A stretch of DNA of 50,292 nt, taken from the IMG/VR virus record IMGVR_UViG_3300005253_000344, positions 1 through 50,292 of that record, one strand, 5' to 3'. The position numbers and the translations under genes were made by a program. This stretch comes from a virus. Lineage: Duplodnaviria > Caudoviricetes. Positions within the stretch are counted from its first letter, which is position 1. The number at the start of each line of letters is the position of its first letter. Below are positions 37,811-46,185 of this stretch, in pieces. The notes beneath the pieces were generated by a model. The model saw only the letters and a list, made by a program, of their open reading frames with translations. It did not search any database and was not told the DNA's origin.

Positions 37811-38170
37811 ATGACAGAACAAGAACAGAATCTATTAAATGCGGCACAAGAAATTGTATATGATTTCAATCATTACGGAGAAGTATTGCAGGTCGGCGAT
37901 AATGGAGAATATGGTACAGAGAGTTCTATTGGCATGTTAAGTGCTGCGATACATCAATATGAAGATGGCCGCAAGATAAAACCACTGGCTCAATATCTGG
38001 ACGAGTATATTCAGCATGAAATTGAAACGGAAAATATACTTAGCCTTGATGATATTGAAGGTTCAAGTAGTTATGGTTCATGGTGTGAACTACTCGAACA
38101 AGCATTGGAAGCGTATGAATTAACTGAGAACGTATTGATTCATATTATTATTAAAAAGAAAGCGAGGTAA
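37811..38170 (+). CDS. Acidic hypothetical protein
   Basis: GAGGTGA RBS. Confidence 0.7.
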   Translation: MTEQEQNLLNAAQEIVYDFNHYGEVLQVGDNGEYGTESSIGMLSAAIHQYEDGRKIKPLAQYLDEYIQHEIETENILSLDDIEGSSSYGSWCELLEQALEAYELTENVLIHIIIKKKAR

Positions 38171-38174
38171 TAAT

Positions 38175-38438
38175 ATGTTATACCGAATCCAAATTGACCA
38201 AAGGTTTGACAAACAAAAAGCCGTAATCGAAGCCGTGAAGGAACTGGCAAGCGACTTCATAATTCTGACCGGCATGGCATATTTTGGTAATAATCACAGG
38301 CCGTGCCAGGTGATTGAAATTAACTGCAGCGACTTCATAGGTGCTGCCGTGACTGCCTGTGTCAATAAGCTCAAAAAGATATTGAACATGCCACACATAA
38401 TGGTGACGCGGACTGATACGAATAAGGTGACGTATTGA
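38175..38438 (+). CDS. Hypothetical protein
   Basis: GAGGT RBS. Confidence 0.65.
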   Translation: MLYRIQIDQRFDKQKAVIEAVKELASDFIILTGMAYFGNNHRPCQVIEINCSDFIGAAVTACVNKLKKILNMPHIMVTRTDTNKVTY

Positions 38439-38728
38439 AACGACTAATCACAGAACAAGAAGAGCAAGCATACAGATTATGTTCACCGGATTTCTTCGGT
38501 CTAACATATGAGAACGCAGCAATACTCCTGCATTGTCATTTGAACACAGTTTGGTATAGGCTCAATCGACTTAAAGCGAAAGCTCCGCAACTATTTTATG
38601 ATGGTTTTATCAGGCCAAGAACGCCGCATACTGGTAATCCGAATGATTATGGTGCTAAAGGGGGAAGTGTAAATTTTGTAATGTCTTATCATCCTTCGAT
38701 GGATGGTGACATTAAAATGAAATTCTGA
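38435..38728 (+). CDS. Sigma70 region-4-like HTH regulator (single HTH)
   Basis: LITEQEEQAYRL..GLTYENAAILL....NTV..RL.R; TTG start after AAGGTG. Confidence 0.75.
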   Translation: MKRLITEQEEQAYRLCSPDFFGLTYENAAILLHCHLNTVWYRLNRLKAKAPQLFYDGFIRPRTPHTGNPNDYGAKGGSVNFVMSYHPSMDGDIKMKF

Positions 38729-38880
38729 TTATAGATTAAGTCCCCCACCCGGGGCATATTACATGAGGTGCGGTAACAGATTTCAGAGTTTGGAAGCAAT
38801 GGCCAGTCGGGGAATCCTGGCCAGAGCTTCTGGGCTTTGTCCGATAAGGTTATTTATAAAATTTTTTAGATTTTTTGGCG

Positions 38881-38916
38881 GAAACCTTGCAAATAGTTCC
38901 AATTCTCCGGTATGGT
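38881..38916 (+). promoter_or_regulatory. Middle-operon promoter, copy B of the 32-bp element
   Basis: GAAACC-TTGCAA-18 bp-TATGGT with AT-rich upstream tract. Confidence 0.7.
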
Positions 38917-39310
38917 GAGGGCATATATAATAACTAAGCGATTGATAACTAAAAAACAGGAACAAGCACTTAAGCTTTGTCACCATGAATTTGACGGCTT
39001 AACACAAGTTGAAGCAGCAGAACAGGTGGGTATTAGCCACCAAGCCATAAGTGATTTATTAGCCCGCGTTAAAAAAGTCCTTCCACAATATTTTCCTATT
39101 TTTACAAAACTTGAAATGAGATGGTATCATTATTATATGGTTGATGGTTGGAGTGTTGCTGATATAGCAGAATATACTGAATCCTCGCCGGATACAATTT
39201 ATAAAGCACTCAAAAGAATAAGAAGTAAAGGAGCATATTTCACTGAACCGACAAATCGAGTATTGTCCTATGATGAGAGCATGGATGCTAACATAAAACA
39301 GAAATTTTAA
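38912..39310 (+). CDS. Tandem sigma4-like HTH regulator, paralog of 38435 (start uncertain)
   Basis: GLTQVEAAEQVGISHQAIS..L.R and GWSVADIAE....PDTIYKALKR; shared N- and C-termini with the paralog. Confidence 0.8.
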   Translation: MVRAYIITKRLITKKQEQALKLCHHEFDGLTQVEAAEQVGISHQAISDLLARVKKVLPQYFPIFTKLEMRWYHYYMVDGWSVADIAEYTESSPDTIYKALKRIRSKGAYFTEPTNRVLSYDESMDANIKQKF

Positions 39311-39424
39311 TCAGGTGGTATCAGCCCGAAATCTAAGCACCGCCGTTAGACAACTTCAGACTATATGATAGCGGGACTGTGGCAGACGACAAGTAGGGCT
39401 GACCACCATAATCGGGAGAATGAT

Positions 39425-40093
39425 ATGGAAATTAAACAGACAAATCCCAAAGACGCTTTGGGTATTAAAAAAGCACCATTACATTGTATTCCTTGTGGGC
39501 CTTTATATGAATTGGGGTTGGCTATGATGGAAGGCGGGAGAAAATATGGCACGCATAATTATCGTGCTGTTGGTACGCGTGCATCAGTGTATTACGATGC
39601 TGCTATGAGACATCTCACAAATTGGTGGGAAGGTGAGGACATTGATTCCGATAGCGGGCTTCATCCCCTTATAAAAGTAGCAGCATGTTGTGTTGTAATG
39701 CGTGATTCTATGCTTATGGGTAATGATGTTGATGACCGGCCAATCAAATACCCTAATGGATTAGATATGAACAAACTTAACGAACAAGCTGCGAAGCTGA
39801 TTGGTAAAATTACGAAGTGTGTCGCTCCTTTTCTCGAAAAAGACAAACCATTCGTCTGTCCTGCGGGGTGGAAAATAGCACTTAACAGAGCGGATGATTG
39901 TGGATGGTATGCTTGCTATCAAAATTATAATCTACATCAAGATGCGTATCTACATAAAGGTGGAACGCTTCATACTGATGGCGGCACGGGCAAGGAATCT
40001 TATTACAAATTCGGCGAAGCCCCCGGCTACTGGCCAACGAAAAAAGATGCGGAAGCGGCTTTGGTTACTTATTTGGGGAAGAAAGGTAGCTGA
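39425..40093 (+). CDS. dATP/dGTP diphosphohydrolase-domain (DUF5664-like) protein with extra C-terminal domain
   Basis: TNPKD..G.KK.PL; GGRKYG..NYR; YYDAAMRHL..WWEGED.D.DSGLH; start MEIKQ after GGGAG. Confidence 0.85.
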   Translation: MEIKQTNPKDALGIKKAPLHCIPCGPLYELGLAMMEGGRKYGTHNYRAVGTRASVYYDAAMRHLTNWWEGEDIDSDSGLHPLIKVAACCVVMRDSMLMGNDVDDRPIKYPNGLDMNKLNEQAAKLIGKITKCVAPFLEKDKPFVCPAGWKIALNRADDCGWYACYQNYNLHQDAYLHKGGTLHTDGGTGKESYYKFGEAPGYWPTKKDAEAALVTYLGKKGS

Positions 40094-40365
40094 TGTGGCA
40101 AGACTGGCTGAATGGAATATTTGAGCTTTTGGGTGGCCTGTTTATTACACTTAGTTGTATTAAACTCCACCGAGATAAAAAAGTTCGGGGTGTAAGTTTC
40201 ATACATGTAGCTTACTTTACAGCATGGGGTTATTGGAACATTCATTATTACCCACATCTTGGACAATGGATAAGTTTTGCTGGTGGTTTGAGTGTAGTAT
40301 TAGTAAATACAATATGGTTAGGGATGTTGGTTCATTACATACGAAAGGAACGAAATGAACACTAA
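40093..40365 (+). CDS. PQ-loop/SemiSWEET-like 3-TM membrane protein
   Basis: Three hydrophobic helices; KLHRDKKVRGVS loop and W..Y in TM2. Confidence 0.6.
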   Translation: MWQDWLNGIFELLGGLFITLSCIKLHRDKKVRGVSFIHVAYFTAWGYWNIHYYPHLGQWISFAGGLSVVLVNTIWLGMLVHYIRKERNEH

Positions 40366-40894
40366 AATTGTGACATATACAGGTAAGTCTTTTGATTTAC
40401 TTAATCCATTACCGGAGATGGTTTGTATCGAGGATATTGCACATGCTTTGGCAAATATCTGTCGATATACTGGACATGTTCGAGAGTTTTACTCTGTGGC
40501 ACAGCACTGTGTGTTAATGGTAAAGGCTAATTTACCTGGTGGTGCTTTGCAAAAACTACTACACGATGCCCACGAAGCATATACCGGGGACATAGCAAGT
40601 CCTTGGAAACAATGTCTTATTGTCCATGATTTTGATGTGTCTGTCAAAGAATGGGAGCAAAAAATTCAAAAAATTATTGGATTAGCATTAGGGATTAACC
40701 TTGATTTTTCTGCAGAAGTCAAAGAAGCTGATAACCGAATGTATTTTACAGAAGTTCGAGACTTGATGCCCCTGTCTGATGAGTTTGGAAAATGGCGAGG
40801 AAATTTGGAACCTTTAGAAGAAAAAATAATTTGTTGGAACCCTTTAGTGGCTGAGGATATATTTCTTGCAACATATAATGGTTTAAGGAGTTGA
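40355..40894 (+). CDS. HD-domain 5'-deoxynucleotidase (YfbR/YfdR-like)
   Basis: IEDIAHALANICRY.GH..FYSVAQH; LLHDAHEAY.GD; VKEAD. Confidence 0.9.
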   Translation: MNTKIVTYTGKSFDLLNPLPEMVCIEDIAHALANICRYTGHVREFYSVAQHCVLMVKANLPGGALQKLLHDAHEAYTGDIASPWKQCLIVHDFDVSVKEWEQKIQKIIGLALGINLDFSAEVKEADNRMYFTEVRDLMPLSDEFGKWRGNLEPLEEKIICWNPLVAEDIFLATYNGLRS

Positions 40895-40897
40895 CAA

Positions 40898-41593
40898 ATG
40901 AGTAGAGTTCTCGATATAGGCGACCCGCATGAACCAGTATGCCATCCCGGATACCGAGCATTTTGTAGGGACTTGAGACGAAAGTTCAAAACGACTAAGA
41001 CAATTATAAAAGGTGACATCTGTGATCATCATGCGATTAGTTTTCATGCTGCGAATCCAATGTGTCCCGGTCCCAATGATGAATACCAACTAACCAAACA
41101 AAGGATGCGACTATGGCATAAAGATTTTCCGAGAGCAATTATTACGATAGGAAATCACGATATGCGAGTTATTCGGCTTGCAGAATCAGTTAATATCCCA
41201 CCTCAATATTTACGTAACTTCAATACGATATGGAATACACCAACTTGGAAATGGGTCGAGGACATCATTATCGATGGAGTATATCATTTTCACGGTACCG
41301 GCAGGAGTGGTTTGTACCCGGCATACAATGCTATGAAGGACCACCTGATGTCTGTGTCTGTGGGGCATTGTCATACAGCATCAGGTGTCAAGTGGTCAGC
41401 GAATCCAGATCAACGAACATTTGGTATGGATGTAGGCTGTGGAATTGACGTTGATGCCTGGCAGTTTGCTTATGGTAAACACATGCGGAAACGACCTATT
41501 TTGTCGGCGGCAGTTATCATTAACGGTATACCTCAACACTTCATTATGCCTTGTGGACGAGGTGAGAAATACCATAAATCGAGATTCAAATGA
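40898..41593 (+). CDS. Calcineurin-like metallophosphoesterase
   Basis: GDPH, GD.CD, GNHD, HG and GHCH motifs. Confidence 0.9.
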   Translation: MSRVLDIGDPHEPVCHPGYRAFCRDLRRKFKTTKTIIKGDICDHHAISFHAANPMCPGPNDEYQLTKQRMRLWHKDFPRAIITIGNHDMRVIRLAESVNIPPQYLRNFNTIWNTPTWKWVEDIIIDGVYHFHGTGRSGLYPAYNAMKDHLMSVSVGHCHTASGVKWSANPDQRTFGMDVGCGIDVDAWQFAYGKHMRKRPILSAAVIINGIPQHFIMPCGRGEKYHKSRFK

Positions 41594-41667
41594 GAATAGA
41601 AATAGCAGTTATAGCGTTGGTGCTCTGGATGTTATTCCATACACTCCACACGCATAGGAGACAGTGA
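41590..41667 (+). CDS. 25-aa hydrophobic peptide (not in ORF track)
   Basis: MRIEIAVIALVLWMLFHTLHTHRRQ; fills the gap with overlaps at both ends. Confidence 0.5.
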   Translation: MRIEIAVIALVLWMLFHTLHTHRRQ

Positions 41668-42137
41668 TGCCGACAACGATTCTTAAAATATGTCCTGTTT
41701 GTAAAAAACAATTTAATGTAGAAATTAAAAGAATAAATGCTGGACAGGGAATTTATTGTTCTAATTCTTGTGCGGGAAAAGTAAAAAACCACAAACCTGT
41801 TTTATGGGTATTAGTGCCTTTAACGCGAGGAAAATTTGCTAAAGTTGATGTAGAGAATGTATTACTAATTGCTCCGCATAGTTGGCAAGCAACACCAACT
41901 ACTTATGGCACATACAGAGCAGAAACACACATAAATAAAAAGGTTGTTAGAATGCATCGCTTTATTATGAATGCTCCTGCTGGTAAAGACATACACCACA
42001 AAAATGGAAATACATTAGATAATAGAAAGTGCAATTTATTAGTTTGTTCCCGAAGCGAACATTTTAAGATTGGTGGAAAACATAAACCACCTATTTATTA
42101 TGGTGAAGAATGGAAAAAGATACATGGGAAAAGGTAG
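41664..42137 (+). CDS. HNH endonuclease with N-terminal zinc finger
   Basis: CPVC..YCSNSC; MHRFIM..IHHKNGNTLDNRKCNL. Confidence 0.9.
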   Translation: MMPTTILKICPVCKKQFNVEIKRINAGQGIYCSNSCAGKVKNHKPVLWVLVPLTRGKFAKVDVENVLLIAPHSWQATPTTYGTYRAETHINKKVVRMHRFIMNAPAGKDIHHKNGNTLDNRKCNLLVCSRSEHFKIGGKHKPPIYYGEEWKKIHGKR

Positions 42138-42288
42138 CCGTAGACGAATGTGTTGTACAACCAGAGAAGAACAGAACTTGCGTGATAGGTATGCCAATGG
42201 GTTGATCACGTTTGGTCAGTATGAACGAGCGTATCGGAAGTTAATGAAACGAGGCTTAATTAAGAGAAATGGGAGAGTGATAGAATGA
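42125..42288 (+). CDS. Small basic hypothetical protein
   Basis: MGKGSRRR start within track ORF 42070. Confidence 0.55.
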
Positions 42289-42410
42289 AAATTCACTTTA
42301 ACAGTAATACATTTGTGTGGGATATAATTCCAAATATTTGTGTAATCCCCCAGTTTAGATTGATTAACTTTAGTTGGTTACGTTTCTGTATTAGTATTGA
42401 TTATTAAAAA

Positions 42411-44426
42411 ATGATAACTCAAATCCTCAACAAAATAAACTGGCCAAGCGATACTCTACTGCTCGACTTCGAGACATACTTCGATGCCGACTATCACTTG
42501 GGCACAGGCAAGAAAGCTCTGTCAATCGTTGAGTATATCACTGATCCCCGGTTCCGATTCACTGGGCTTGGAATCCAGATCAATGATCAGCCACGAAGAT
42601 TCATACCAGGCCCTCATGTACCCTGGGCTATCAGTATGTTAAAACGTAAGTTCGGCAAGGCACTACACAACTGCACCGTAATCGCAAAAAATAATAAGTT
42701 CGATTGCCTGATCCTGGTTGAAAAATTCGACATATACCCACCATTCACAATCGATGTGGAAGATCTCAGCCGATACTTCGATAGTCGCATGAGCCAGAAG
42801 CTCGGTGATCTATGTAAGCTATTCAAACTACCGGACAAGGGTGACACCAAACAATTCAAGGGACTGTACTGGGAAACCATGTCACCAGAGCAACGCCAGG
42901 CCATGAAAGAATATTGTTTAGGGGACATCACAAATGAAAAATCGCTTTTGGAAATTCTGTTACCTATGTTGGATAATCCTGGTGTTGAGCTTGATCTGGC
43001 CCGCCATACACTTAACCTCTATCTTAAACCGGTTCTCAATCTGGATGCTGAACAAGCTGAGAAGATCGGAATGGAAATGGAGAATGCTCTATCAGTTGAC
43101 CTCGCAAAAGTGGCTTGGGTCCTCAAATACAAAACCAAAATCAAACCAAACATCCCGAAAATAATGCGTGCTAAGAAACTCTTTCCACAAATCTTGCAGG
43201 ATACTCTGGATGGTTGTCTTGAAGGCGAAACAGTCCCCATGAAACAGGGTAAGAACCAGATGATTCCGGCTACCGCCCAAAACGATGTGGCATTTCAATA
43301 TCTCTTAGCACACGAAGATGAGAAAGTGCGTAATCTATGTCGGGCAAAAGCTGCCTGTTCAAGCTGGCCATTACATCAAAGCAAAGTCCATCGCATGATT
43401 TCACAAGCTGAGTGTTGCGATGGTTTAATCCGTATGCCGCTAAAATACTATGGAGCACATACGGGGCGGTGGTCAGGAACAGGCGGCTGGAACCCGATGA
43501 ACCTGGGTGGTAAAGGTCGCGGTAGACCTATTCATCCACTGATAGCACAGGTGCGTGGAACATTGATGGCACCAGATGGTTATACTCTAATCATAGTTGA
43601 CAGTGCACAAATTGAAGCACGTGAATTAGCCTGGGTAGCACATCAAGACGATTTATTGAAAGGATTTGCAGATGGTGAAGATATTTACTCGGTATTCGCT
43701 ACGGACTTATTTCAAGAAAAAGTTTGGAAGCCAACAGAGGAAGAAAAGAATACTCCTGAAGGCAAAACGGCTGATATTAGAAGAGGCTTTGGGAAGGATG
43801 CCATCTTGGGGTGCGGCTACGGGATGGGAGCTAACACTTTTTATGACCGTTGCAGACAAAATGATACTCTCCGTCCCCTCTTCGATTCTGACGAATATGA
43901 CTGGGATTTCATTAATCGACTTATCAAAATTTACCGAACTAAGTATTCCAATATTCCCGCCTTTTGGACCGAAATTGCCAAGTGTTTCCGATGGCCCACC
44001 AAATATCCGGAAGAACGAACCGTTTACAGAATATCGGAATCGAGTGAACTTGTATTTACGCGGTCCGGCACTACAACAAGAATGCAACTCCCATCAGGAC
44101 GAGTAATGAACTATCGTCATGCTACAGTGTCACCCAAAGATAACGGCATTAAGTATCTGCATGGACACCTGTGGGGTGGATCGATCACAGAGAATCTGAT
44201 TCAGGCAATGTGTCGGTGTTTATTGGGGTATTGGTTGTTGAAGTGTGAGGATGCTGGTATTCCTATAGTACTCCACTCATATGATGAGTTAGTCGGTTGT
44301 GTACCAATAGAAACTGCTGAGAGAGATTTACAGACTATGAGTGATATAATGTTACAAGGTCCGACCTGGGCTGAAGGGTTGCCTTTGGGAATTGATGCTA
44401 AGATTAGTGAAAGGTTTTGTAAATGA
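42411..44426 (+). CDS. polA: DNA polymerase family A with 3'-5' exonuclease domain
   Basis: LDFETY (ExoI); HTGRWS; DSAQIEAR (motif A); RGFGKDAILGCGYGM (motif B); SYDELV (motif C). Confidence 0.95.
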   Translation: MITQILNKINWPSDTLLLDFETYFDADYHLGTGKKALSIVEYITDPRFRFTGLGIQINDQPRRFIPGPHVPWAISMLKRKFGKALHNCTVIAKNNKFDCLILVEKFDIYPPFTIDVEDLSRYFDSRMSQKLGDLCKLFKLPDKGDTKQFKGLYWETMSPEQRQAMKEYCLGDITNEKSLLEILLPMLDNPGVELDLARHTLNLYLKPVLNLDAEQAEKIGMEMENALSVDLAKVAWVLKYKTKIKPNIPKIMRAKKLFPQILQDTLDGCLEGETVPMKQGKNQMIPATAQNDVAFQYLLAHEDEKVRNLCRAKAACSSWPLHQSKVHRMISQAECCDGLIRMPLKYYGAHTGRWSGTGGWNPMNLGGKGRGRPIHPLIAQVRGTLMAPDGYTLIIVDSAQIEARELAWVAHQDDLLKGFADGEDIYSVFATDLFQEKVWKPTEEEKNTPEGKTADIRRGFGKDAILGCGYGMGANTFYDRCRQNDTLRPLFDSDEYDWDFINRLIKIYRTKYSNIPAFWTEIAKCFRWPTKYPEERTVYRISESSELVFTRSGTTTRMQLPSGRVMNYRHATVSPKDNGIKYLHGHLWGGSITENLIQAMCRCLLGYWLLKCEDAGIPIVLHSYDELVGCVPIETAERDLQTMSDIMLQGPTWAEGLPLGIDAKISERFCK

Positions 44427-44737
44427 TAGACATAATTGAAGCTGGTAAGTTTTATAATGATTGTTTGAAAAAAGTCAAAGAAGCAACACTTAAAGAAAAC
44501 ATACTACCAGAAAATACAGTCTTAAACGCCAAGGCAGATTTAATGCAACATGGTGGGCGTATGTGTAAAACAGTTGTAGGTGCTTTTGAACTTAACAATG
44601 TTGATTATATGTTTGAAGCTGATATAGATCGTAATGATCGACCGTGTGATATAGTACACAAAACAACATCAGCAATAGCGAATGTTGTGGCCGAAGCTAT
44701 AATCCGAAAAATAGATTGGAGTGAAATTGATAAATAG
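44423..44737 (+). CDS. Hypothetical protein
   Basis: ATGA-coupled ORF. Confidence 0.6.
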   Translation: MIDIIEAGKFYNDCLKKVKEATLKENILPENTVLNAKADLMQHGGRMCKTVVGAFELNNVDYMFEADIDRNDRPCDIVHKTTSAIANVVAEAIIRKIDWSEIDK

Positions 44738-44966
44738 AAGATCCTTTCTTAAATCCTTAGTCACCGTATGTGGGGCTGCTGTTGTGTGTCCTGGTGAGTT
44801 GTTGAAGGACGAACCAGTTGAGTTTAGGCCTAATCCAGCACAGAAAATGTGGATGCGGGGCAAAGATGGAGCTTACATTGAAGGTTATGGTTTACCTCGT
44901 TGTTATTTTAGAGGCACACCAATATATTATCGGAGTCCTTTATACGATGAAACGAACCAAACATAA
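44721..44966 (+). CDS. Small protein with twin-arginine (Tat) signal-like N-terminus
   Basis: NRRSFLK followed by hydrophobic SLVTVCGAAVVC. Confidence 0.65.
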   Translation: MKLINRRSFLKSLVTVCGAAVVCPGELLKDEPVEFRPNPAQKMWMRGKDGAYIEGYGLPRCYFRGTPIYYRSPLYDETNQT

Positions 44967-45129
44967 ACGATTCAAACACTACAAAGACCTAATCCGATAC
45001 TCAGTCAGGCGTGCGATCCACCGGATTGATATTCTGGAACCTGAACTGCATGTAGAGAGACTTGTAGAACACATGAAAAAAGCCAACTGGTTGCAGTGGG
45101 CTGCTCAGAAATTGAAGGAGTTGAGATGA
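44947..45129 (+). CDS. Basic hypothetical protein
   Basis: GGAG RBS; MKRTKHKRF... Confidence 0.55.
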   Translation: MKRTKHKRFKHYKDLIRYSVRRAIHRIDILEPELHVERLVEHMKKANWLQWAAQKLKELR

Positions 45130-45524
45130 AAAAGAAAAGATTAACAATATGGGTCTGTGAAGATGATGAATCTTTATGGGAATACCAAAAAGAAAAGCTA
45201 AAAGAAAACTTTCCCAAAGCATCAGTGAAATTTTTTCTTAATGCTGGTTACGCTGCACGAGCTACTGGTAGCCCAGATTTTATAATTATAGATGCCGGTG
45301 GGTTTGGTTATATAGGTGGTGGTGCACATTGCACAGCTATAACTAATATAGAAGGTCTGTCAGAATTACACCCAGGGGCTATTTTTATAGTAAATTCTGC
45401 TTTAACTTTGTTTGCTAAAAATGTTTATGAAGAATTGAAACCAGAATTTCAAGCTGTTTCAAAATGGGCTGACGGATGTAATATGGGCGAGAGTATTTGT
45501 GCTGCCATAAAGGAATATCTGTGA
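45126..45524 (+). CDS. Stand-alone response-regulator receiver-like protein
   Basis: IWVCEDD; PDFIIID (phospho-acceptor position); FIVNSA. Confidence 0.7.
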   Translation: MKKKRLTIWVCEDDESLWEYQKEKLKENFPKASVKFFLNAGYAARATGSPDFIIIDAGGFGYIGGGAHCTAITNIEGLSELHPGAIFIVNSALTLFAKNVYEELKPEFQAVSKWADGCNMGESICAAIKEYL

Positions 45525-45988
45525 AACCCCAAACACGCAAACAAAAATTCAATGACCTCGCTAACGCTGTGAAACAGATACGCGAAGGAAAGAAGGTGAA
45601 ACGAATCGGTGCCAAAGACGGTAGTATCAGGACACACCCAGTAGTGTCAGTCGATTCTAAGAAACTTGAGCATGAGGTTCTTGCTGATTGTTTGTCTTGG
45701 TTGAAGAAACGCCATGTGTTTTGCAGCAGGCATGATGCCGGGACATTCCAGAATGAGCGTGGGCAGTATGGGACTTATGGAATTATAGGTGCCGGTGATA
45801 TTATTGGAATGCTTAGGCGACATCCCCATTGTGGTCGTCACTTTGAGATTGAAACAAAACGAGGATCTGGTGGACGATTAGACGCGGGACAACAGAAATG
45901 GATGAAACAGGTGCATTATAATGGGGGTATGTATTTTGTGGTGCATGGGGTAAAAGAATTGGAGCATTTTATAGGGGAATTTGTATGA
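45521..45988 (+). CDS. VRR-NUC domain nuclease (resolvase-like)
   Basis: E..V...C; GAGDIIG; FEIETKR..GRL...Q..W; GG.YFVV. Confidence 0.85.
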   Translation: MKPQTRKQKFNDLANAVKQIREGKKVKRIGAKDGSIRTHPVVSVDSKKLEHEVLADCLSWLKKRHVFCSRHDAGTFQNERGQYGTYGIIGAGDIIGMLRRHPHCGRHFEIETKRGSGGRLDAGQQKWMKQVHYNGGMYFVVHGVKELEHFIGEFV

Positions 45989-46185
45989 CATTCCAGTGGG
46001 GCACTAATCCAGAATATACTATCACAATATGTCATAATTGGGCTTGGCATAGTGGTGAGTTAGCTTTACCACTCAAGTTATCGTGGTGGAATAATGCTGA
46101 TGTTATGGGTAGTAAATGTAACGATATATCAATAACAATTTTATGCTTTCGTTTCGGTTTAGAAATTTGGAGATGGAAAAAATGA
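45985..46185 (+). CDS. Small Trp-rich hypothetical protein
   Basis: Coupled ORF. Confidence 0.55.
   Translation: MTFQWGTNPEYTITICHNWAWHSGELALPLKLSWWNNADVMGSKCNDISITILCFRFGLEIWRWKK

Noticed and set aside
31688-38170. Recurrent GAAAGTGAGG(T) motif as a dedicated operator
   Set aside because: Always just upstream of start codons (31688, 33724, 35580, 36724); explained as an extended Shine-Dalgarno sequence
39425-44426. Complete 2-aminoadenine (Z) or 7-deazaguanine DNA pathway
   Set aside because: No PurZ/adenylosuccinate-synthetase-like, DpdA or Que/Fol genes recognised; the hydrolases alone are insufficient
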